Below, piece by piece: positions 55,036 through 64,000 of a stretch of DNA of 64,000 bases. Positions within the stretch are counted from its first letter, which is position 1. Each line of letters starts with the position of its first letter. The DNA lies in the NCBI GenBank assembly GCA_964016885.1, contig OZ024741.1, positions 313,658,001 to 313,722,000 on the forward strand, given 5' to 3'. The stretch comes from Eledone cirrhosa. Lineage: Eukaryota. Below the pieces are notes generated by a model. That model saw only the letters and a program-made list of their open reading frames with translations, was not told the DNA's origin and ran no database searches. The translations under genes and the position numbers were made by a program.

Positions 55036-55936
55036 TGATAGTAAATAAAAGTGAATGTGAAGAAAGTACAATTTGCCAAATATACTTTTCAGTTAACAAA
55101 ATTATTTAACTGAACAGTTTTAATAGTAAACAACATGCTACTACACCATCACTTGATAAGCGGTAAATTTAAAAACCTAAATATTCCTTATCCAATGTGT
55201 ATCATTATTACGTGGCGATATCATTTTACTCTCGACCTGTTTTGATTCGTGGGAAAATTTCCCGAGATATTCCGATTGTTTAGATAATTAAGTGAATCAT
55301 TATACCATTCATATTATAACTATGATATTCATGATAATATTATAGATATATATGTGTGTGTATATGTATGTATGTATGTATGTATGTTCTTCTGGTTTTA
55401 TAATTACACAAAGTTTTACCAATAGAGAGAGAGTCGGTTTCTAACATAAACACAAGACTCTCTCATTGGAATTAACACAACACCAACTAGGTAGATATAT
55501 ACGTATGCATGCATGTGTAGATATGGATGTTATTGTATGTGTGCATGTGTATATGCTTTGTATCTGTACATGTGCATATGTAGTTATTAGAGGCAAAATT
55601 GTTGGAATGTTTTATATATTTTTAGTGTTCCATTAATGGATTCTACTTGTAGTTTCCTAACTAGTTGTTTATGTATGTATGTATGCATGTATGTATGTAT
55701 CATATATGTATGTGTGTGTGTGTGTGTAAATGTATGCATTTATATATATACAGTATATAATATATATATATTTCGTTTCTAAATTTGTTTAGCAAGATAC
55801 TTTATCTGAAAACGTGTGTTGAATCCGATATTGTTATGCTTTCGGAGGGTCATGTTGCAAATAAGAAACACCAGTAAATTGGAGTGAAACTTCTGGTGCG
55901 TGTGTTTCTTATTGGCAACATGACCTCCCAAAGCAT

Positions 55937-56017
<81 letters not shown>

Positions 56018-56227
56018 TGTGAGTGTGTGCGTATGTGTGTGTCTGGTTTTATTTACATGTAAGAATGTCGGAAACACATATCGTAGTAACTGGTAGAATA
56101 TGATAATATTTGGAACGATTATATATCATTTTTTTCTTATAATACTGTTTGTTTCTTCCATAATGTTTTTAACATTGCATTTAACTGAACTAAAAATCCA
56201 TGTATGTTTTATAGAGAATCCTTATAA

Positions 56228-56627
56228 TCTATATATATTAAACTGAGGATGTCTGTGGTGTGTGGGTCTGTGAGTTTGAATCAATAAAACTCGAGAAGTA
56301 CCGAACCGATTTTTTTACATGAGTTTTACTTATGTTTCAGGGAATGTTAGGTTCATAAAATACAACTTTGTTGTTCCCCTAGACCCGCATTAGGTGAAAA
56401 AGTGCATTTTATTTCAGATTTTAGGGGTATGTTGAGGCGTTAAGTTAGACCGATTTTCTTGAAATTGTAACTATGTATTAGTCAGTCTGTTCTTCATACC
56501 GGGAGCAAAGAAAATCCAATTTTTTATTGCCTGGTTATCCGCATTAGGTGAGAAATTCATTTGTTCAGCCTTTTAGGGCTTTTTTGAGGCATTACCTCTA
56601 GCCGAATTTCCCGAAACTTCAGGCATT
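56228..56627 (+). mobile_element. Helitron 5' part, truncated by a deletion that also removed the downstream dead exon
   Basis: Matches 1885-~2285, then jumps into Penelope A. Confidence 0.7.
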
Positions 56628-56629
56628 AC

Positions 56630-58530
56630 CTAAATATTTATATTTCTCTTAGGTCAGTATTCTTTGTTTGGGTGTTGGTATTCCATTCATTTTTTTGTTT
56701 AGCTTTGTCTTTTTAAACTGTGTTTCGCTTGCGTCTTTGATGTGCCTACTTGCTGGCTCATTTCTATATATAGATAATATTTTAATTTCTATGGTTTACC
56801 GTCATGTTGTTGTCTAGACTATTCGTATAGTACTGAACGTTTATTTTGTTCTTTTAATTCCCCTCAATTTTGGTCTATACATTCTCCTATGCAACGAGCT
56901 CTCGCGCCTATGTATGGTGTTGTCATATTTCTGCAAGTAGCCTCTGTACATCTTATGCTATAAACTACATTTCTAGTTTTACAGTTTATCTGGGAGTTTA
57001 CTTTACATATAGCACATTTCTTATTAGTACAGTGGGTTTTCTTAAAAGAGTGTGTTTTGATGGTAGTTCCTGAATTTTCTAACACTTTAATCTTTAAGTG
57101 GGTCATACTCAGGGCCTTTCTACATTGGGTAGCTAATTTCCCTCCAGGGGTAGCGTCCACGAGCATGACACTCTGGTATCTCTGGTTGTGGTACCATGAG
57201 GTGGTTTTACCTATTTTATGTTTAGTCCTATCTAAGATATTCCATGATTTGCTCCTGTATAATGGGCAAATTCCTTTCACCTCCAGTTCTATGAGGATCT
57301 TATACATCTCAGTGGTTACTTTGTATGCTCTGATTCTATCTCTTTGGTTGTAGCCATGAGAAATGCATATGTTTTATGAAGTGTTGGATGTGTCTTTCCA
57401 TTTCTGTTGGGTCGCACATGCGGGACACGTTCTTCATCACTCGTACCAAGTCTGCGATCAGAATATTAAACTTAGCACTACTGGACATTGCTGAGTTTTT
57501 GAGTTACAGGTATTTGTAGATCATGGGTTTAGCGTAGTATGAGTGGGGAATTTGGGCCCTCACGTATATAGTGTTAATCCAGAGTTCCGTGTCTAATACA
57601 GGTAGTCTAGTATTAGGGTGATTGGAAGAGTATTCAATAGTTACAGTTATACTCTGGTGCATGGAGTTAGCTATCTGCTGGATTCTTTATTCTAATATAT
57701 ATTCGTTAGTACTCTCTCGTGGCGGTGTACTTATTACTATATTAATATTGTCTACGTAACGAGAGTACATGGAACTCTCTTCAATGAGGTTTTGAGTCTC
57801 ATTTCCCAGAAAACAAATAAAAAGGTTGGGAACATCACCAGCTATGCTGATCTAAATGGTTGCTGCCTCATTTTGGGTGTAGATATTTACGTTGAATAGG
57901 GTACTTTTAATACTAGGCCCATTGCATGCGCGACAACTTTTCTTACCTGATCATTGTTTTGGGGTGTTGGTATAGCTTTAGTCCACCAGATTCACCCTCC
58001 CGTGGGAGTATTTTTTGCCATTGAGGTTATGGTGGGTGGTCTACTTCTTATGGGACTACTAGGGCAGAAACGGCTAAGAACACGGCTGTCTAGGTACTCG
58101 GTGTCATAGGTAAGTCTAAGTAGGAGGCCGATTCATCTGTGTCTACGTCGCAGACCACAACCTCACTCTCACTGATTATCTCCACATGTTTTCACAGAAA
58201 ATCAATGTTAATAGATGGTTATAGAGATACAACCTCCATACTGCGTATTATGCAGTTAGATAGGTTTTTGTTTTTGTTGCACTCATTGATACTGCTAAGG
58301 AGGTCTTCTGTGCTGTCACATAAATCTGGGGATATCTTTATTAAGGAGCGTATAACCACTGAGAGTAACCAGGAGATCCTTTAGTTGCTAGCGATATTGG
58401 CTACGCATACAAGTCTTGTTGGTGGATCTGTCGTCGTGTCGTCGAGTATCTTATGGTCTTTGAAGAGCACATATAAGGGTGGTATGTCATTGTTAGAAGC
58501 GTGTATGTTCATAGCAGTGGGTCTGCTTGG
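56630..58530 (-). mobile_element. Penelope-like A, both ends deleted
   Basis: 147-aa GIY-YIG ORF 56864-57307. Confidence 0.8.
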
Positions 58531-58620
58531 CTTTATAATCTTATAACTATGATATTCATGATAATATTATATCTATTTTGGAAGGATTTTGGAAGGATTA
58601 TACATGTTTTTTCTAATAAT

Positions 58621-58808
58621 TGTTTCTACTTTTGGCACAAGGCCAGCAATTATTCCAGTGCATTACTGGTACTTTATTTTATCGACCCCGTAAGGATGAA
58701 AGGCAAAGTTAACCTCGGCGGGATTTGAACTCAGATCATAAAGGGAGGTAACTCTATGCTTCAAAGCATGGCGTCCGACCCTTACCGATACTGCCAATCC
58801 ACCGCCCT
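58621..58808 (-). mobile_element. tRNA-derived SINE, full length, with 16-bp TSD
   Basis: Reverse complement of the 30297 family; tgttttttctaataat at 58605-58620 and 58809-58824. Confidence 0.85.
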
Positions 58809-59044
58809 TGTTTTTTCTAATAATATTGTTTGTTTCTTTTATAATGTTATTAACATTGCATTTAACTGAACTAAAAATCCATCTATAATTTATAGAAGAT
58901 CGATATAACATTCAATATTTCTACAAGTTAATTCGTTTATCCCAAGCCCACTTTAATCTTGAAATTTGCTATCAAATCGTATCATTGATTTTTGTATGTA
59001 ATTAATGATATCTTCTACTTTATCATATATATTGATATATTTAG

Positions 59045-59179
59045 AATGCCGAGAAGGAAAGTTTGGTGTTGCTTGTAATGGGACATGCCATTGTATCAAC
59101 AACATGAACTGTGACAAGCGAAATGGAAGATGTTCAGATGGATGTTCTGCAGGTTATACTGGTGACAATTGCCAACAAG
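59045..59179 (+). CDS. EGF-module exon (class C, older copy)
   Basis: atttag|...|gtatct; ECREGKFGVACNGTCHCINNMNCDKRNGRCSDGCSAGYTGDNCQQ, one nt different from 16388. Confidence 0.85.
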
Positions 59180-59285
59180 GTATCTCATAACAATGTTACG
59201 TACTTATTAGACACACAAACACACACATACATATACAAACACACACACACACACACACATACACACATATAAACATATTTATATA

Positions 59286-59317
<32 letters not shown>

Positions 59318-59320
<3 letters not shown>

Positions 59321-62300
59321 GGTAACAAGTTATTGTTATAAACAATCCAGTTAGAGGTTGTGAGTACTCTGCGTCGTGGATAGTTTTAACGTAGGGCTTT
59401 GCTTAACTCAACAATATGTTTCCATAGTTAGGGAGCGAGTTCGCGGTAAATCCTATGTAGGTTATACTTGGAGTAATAATAGTGAAAGTATGAAGAGTAA
59501 CATGGCTGGCTGTGCAACAAGGGGTTTTATGTCAGGTATTGACAATTGTTTCATTGGTCAGGTGAGTCTAGAGGTCGCTAATCGCTTGAAGTTGCTCAAT
59601 TCGATCTCCATTATATTATTTACTTTAAACCAACTCCTCAGAATACAAAAAAACAAATCACTCAAGGCAAGATATATAGAGAGAAATAGAGTATAATCAA
59701 AACAATAACATCAATAATAAAATATATATGATAAATAGGTAAAGAGGTTACAGATGTAAATGTATAATGTAAAAGATAAGAAAAAGGGTACAGTAAAAAA
59801 GTAAGGAAATGGAAGAAATATAAAGAAATAAGGATAAGTCAGATCATGTAAATACAGTATATGATACTGGTGGTAGGGAGTTTGATGTAGTGACAGATAA
59901 AAGAAAAAGCATAAATTAGAGATTAATTGGGAGGTACTAGTATGAGATTTAATGGTAAGGGTGGATGGTGAAGGGAGGTTTGACAAATGTGTGTAGTAAA
60001 TATTTTGCTGATTGTCCTGTCTTGATGGGTTTGAAGCTGTTTCAGGAGAGCGGGTGAAAGTAATGTTAAGATATTTATGATCTAGTGACAAGTTGGTCGT
60101 TTGGCAGCTGAGAGCGGTGTGATGGTGTCTATTCCATGCGTTGAAATTCTGGTGGTTCAGTTCTAAATCTGGTATTGTTGGCTCGAATCACTGTGGTTTA
60201 AAATTTGTGAACTTGGTAGCTATTTTATGCCTACAGAAAATTGATCTTTCTATTTTGCTGTTAAGCAGCATCTTATCGTACCTCAAAATATGGAATAGCT
60301 CCATATTACAAAGTCTGCAGTGGAACATTCCATTGCCGTTAGCCCTTGCTTCTCATATTTTGACCAGCTAATCCCATATTCCTGGTTTGTGTTTTTAAGC
60401 TGCAAGATTTTATTGGCTTGCGTCGTAGAATTATATAGTCTACGGTTCTTCATGGAGTGTCTGTGGACGTACCACCTTTTTTTTAACCCCCCAGCCGTGG
60501 AACCTATGTAGTGCCAAGTAGAGTTGCCTGAATTTACAGTACACAGGTACACCATACTCGAATCCACGCATCTATTTTGCAGTGTGCACTTATCCGGTAG
60601 GTGGAAATTACAGTTGGAGGCTTTTTTTGTGCCGCTTCTCCGTTGCGGTTTTGTATGTTGTTGTGGATGGGTTGATATTTAGGCCTATTAGTGTCTTGTT
60701 GTGATGCGCCCTGGTGTGTTTGTGCTTGCGATGTTATGTGTTTCCGTTTGGTATTTGGTGCTATGATGTATATTGGTAGGTTATTTTCTTTAGAGATATG
60801 TTTGTGGTTGATTTTACGTATGTGTGATTCTATGTTGGCTGCAGTAGAGTAAGATTGTTTGATAGTTCTTCTATTAAAGAATCTATGGTATTTGAGTAGT
60901 TTAACAAAGTGTCTGTCTATTAGCTTAAATAATGTAGAAGGTAGTTTGGTTTTAATAGAGGACTTGAATGTTGGATTGAACCATAGGTATTTTCTATCTC
61001 TGGATCTTCTATAGTTCTTACGTGTCCTTATATTAGTGTTCGATTTAGTTATTTTTGGTGCTCGTTGTCTACTTCTATGCTTAGCCCTATGCTTGTTATT
61101 TCATTAGGTGTGGGTAGTGTAGTTTTCTTTAGGATTGTTGCTGCTGTCCCTATCTGGTATGTTCTCCAACCCCTCTTTACGTCCTGCCTTATGTAAAGCT
61201 ATGTTATAATAGTTTGCGTATTCGTTAAAAATATCTAGGTTAGAAGGTAGGCGGCATATTCTGATGGATATACTATGTGCTATGGAGTTAATTATGGATC
61301 GAGGGTGGTTTGAGTTATAACTAATGTTGGCTAGATTCTCGTTATTTTTATGGAAGGGCTCTATTAATCCGGTGATTAGGTTGAGTGTTACATCTAAGAT
61401 GTTTGATTTTTTAGGATTAAGTTCGAACGTAATACCTAGGCCTAGTTTGTTGAAGAAGACTCTGATGTTTTTTTGTAATTTTTTCATGTTTTGATTATTT
61501 AAGTTTTTGGCGAAAAGGAATCTGTCGGCTCTATAAATTCATCCCTCGAGGTTATTGAATACCTTATGTAAGTTATGTGCTATATATATTCCCACGAATT
61601 CCGTTACCTGCGCCGAGTCGTTAGATACCATTGTGATATTGAAGCTATTCTGTCTGTTCTTTCGTTCCCAGTAACTATTTTCGAATCTGATGATAGTTCT
61701 CCTAGTAGCTTTATTATTTTAATTTCGTCCGAGGTAAGGAACGAATTTTTCTGGGCAAAGGTTAGCGCTATATCTAGGATGACTGGGGATATGGATGAGT
61801 AGTAGTCATCGATGTGGAACTGTACGATGTTGAATGTTTCTCTACTGTCTATTTTGCTGAACCAGTATATTGCTTCGTTAGTGTTACCCCATACCTTAAT
61901 TACTAGTTCGTCCTTGATTTGTGCGATTACACTATCTAGTATATAGTTGGCAATTCTACCTATATACGACTTCGATGGGCATATTAATCTAATTGCGGGT
62001 CTATTTCGAAATGATATTTGTGATCCTTTAGCTTAAATGTGGCGTTACAAGGTGTTAGAGGCTTGGTTCTATCAGATATTTTCAGTTTTTAGAATGCTAA
62101 GTCCTTCTTTAATAATGCTAGTGAGTGCAGATTCTGTTGTTTGTTTGTATTTGTTGTGCAGTTCACGACGTATACAATTATTGTATGTATTAAGGCTCAT
62201 GGTGTATATGCTTCATGTTTTGTCCGCTTTTACTATAATACCGTTGGTGTTGCGTAGTTCTTTTAGAAGTGTATTGATGTCGTTTTACAATTTGTTGTGA

Positions 62301-63273
62301 TGTGTCCGTACTTTGAATTTGGTTGCACCTATCATGTTCATGATGTCGAGTTCGAAGGCATCGAGCTGGGGGTTATTTGTGGAATTTTTCCAGGATTTGA
62401 ATCCGTATTTTTTCCTAGTAAATTCCTCCGTGTTATTAGCGTGTCCTTTATCGTAATGATAGGCCTTCCATCGGATTCGACGGATGAAGTCAATAATCCT
62501 TGTTTGTATGTATAGGTATTTTTTTCAATGACATACCCATGTGGTGCTTTTCCATTTTAGTGCCGTGCGTTAAAGTTATTGCTCAACCTAGTGTGAGCTG
62601 GGTATATGGGGTAACAAGTTATCGTTATAGGTAATCCATTTACAGGTTGTCAGTACTCTGCGTCGTGGATAGTTTTAACGTTCTGCTTTGTTTAACTCAA
62701 CAAGATGTTTCCATAGTTAGGCAACGCGTTCGCGGTAATTCCTATGTAGGTTATACTTGGAGTAATAACAGTGAAAGTATGAAGTGTAACATGGTTGGTT
62801 GTACATCAAGGGACTTTGTATGTTTCGAATATGACTTTTCATGTTAGCAAAAAACCACAACACAATCCTTATACGAACAACACTTACTCACCACCACCAC
62901 TATCATGCTCTGCACTTACATGGTCTCACTTATTCTTATTACTTTATATTTTTCCATTTTCTTATCTTTTTTCTTATCTTTTAATTTTTACTTTTACATC
63001 TGTAACCTCTCTACCTATTATCATATATATTTTATTATTGTTGTTATTGTTTTGATTATACGCTATTTCTCTCTATATATCTTGCCTTGAGAGAATTGTT
63101 TTTGTATTATGGTGAGTTGGTCAAAGGTAAATAATATAATGGAGATCGAGTGACGAAACTTCGAACGATTATCGACCTCTAGACGCACCTGATCAATAAA
63201 GCAAGTGTCAATGCCTGAAATAAGGCCCCGTGTTGTACAGCCAAACATGTTAACCTTAATCCTTTCACTATAT
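59318..63273 (-). mobile_element. Penelope-like B, more complete diverged copy
   Basis: NILDVTLNLITG...PFHK...SYNSNHPRSII (127-aa ORF 61104-61487); YIG ORF 60283-60567. Confidence 0.82.
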
Positions 63274-64000
63274 ACACCCTAAATGCCGGTGTAAATCTTG
63301 ATCCGCTGCATATGTCGACCCATCAAATATTGTGGTGTAATTCAGGTTGAAGCCTATATACACCGGTTGATACGACACCCCAGGTATAAGCCATTACCAT
63401 CTGCCCAGCCGCAGATATTCTGGCCGTTAACAAAATGATATAACTGAAGTGTTTTATTAGTAAACAATATGCTATCACACCATCACTTGATAGGCGGAAT
63501 TTTTAAAAACCTAAATACTCCTTATCCAGTGTGTATCATTGTTACGTGGCGATATGATTTTACTTTCGACCTATTTTGTTTCGTTGGGAAACTACCGGAT
63601 ATTTTCCGAGTAGTTTACATAATTCAGTGAATCAGTATACCATTCATATTATAACTATGATATTCGTGATAATATTATAGATATATATGTGTGTATATAT
63701 GTAAGTATGTATGTATTTATCTATGTATGTGTGTGTGTATGTATGGATATATATATATATAGACAGTATATTATTGTAGAATATTGTAATATTTGGACGG
63801 ATTATATATGATATCTTTCTTATTGTATTGTTTGTTACTTTCATAATGTTATTAATATTGCATTTAATTGAACTAAAAATCCAAATATTTGTTCATAAAG
63901 GATCGATATAATCAATAAATCTACAACTTCATTTGTTTAGCACAAGACCACTTTAATCTTGAAATTTGATATAAAATTGTATCATTGATATATGTATGTA

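Overview
AT-rich animal (non-prokaryotic) genomic DNA, most likely from a coleoid/octopod cephalopod. This is inferred from the tRNA-derived SINE type and the (TA)n/(CA)n density and is not proven. The whole window lies inside one + strand gene region built from a tandemly amplified intron+exon cassette. Each cassette carries a 135-nt, phase 1-1 exon (AG...GT) encoding one 45-aa, 8-Cys EGF/laminin-EGF module of the MEGF10/Draper/SCARF type. I find 10 intact exons, 4 full-length dead exons (donor GT lost plus in-frame stop), 4 5'-truncated half exons and at least 4 cassettes whose exon was deleted. Another exon probably starts just past the right edge. No start, transmembrane or cytoplasmic exon is visible. 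The introns hold co-amplified relics of an RTE-like LINE (sense), two Penelope-like retroelements (antisense; one family carries hammerhead cores, the other inverted pLTRs) and a non-autonomous Helitron. There are also young copy-specific insertions (tRNA SINE, ~610-bp element). Higher-order structure: a ~8.9-kb block in three tandem copies (~15-35.7 kb) and a ~14-15-kb block repeated at ~34-kb offset. The best candidate for a novel system is an exon-level birth-and-death array of interchangeable EGF modules that could give a length- or sequence-variable receptor. A sense-strand hammerhead candidate sits where one exon was lost.
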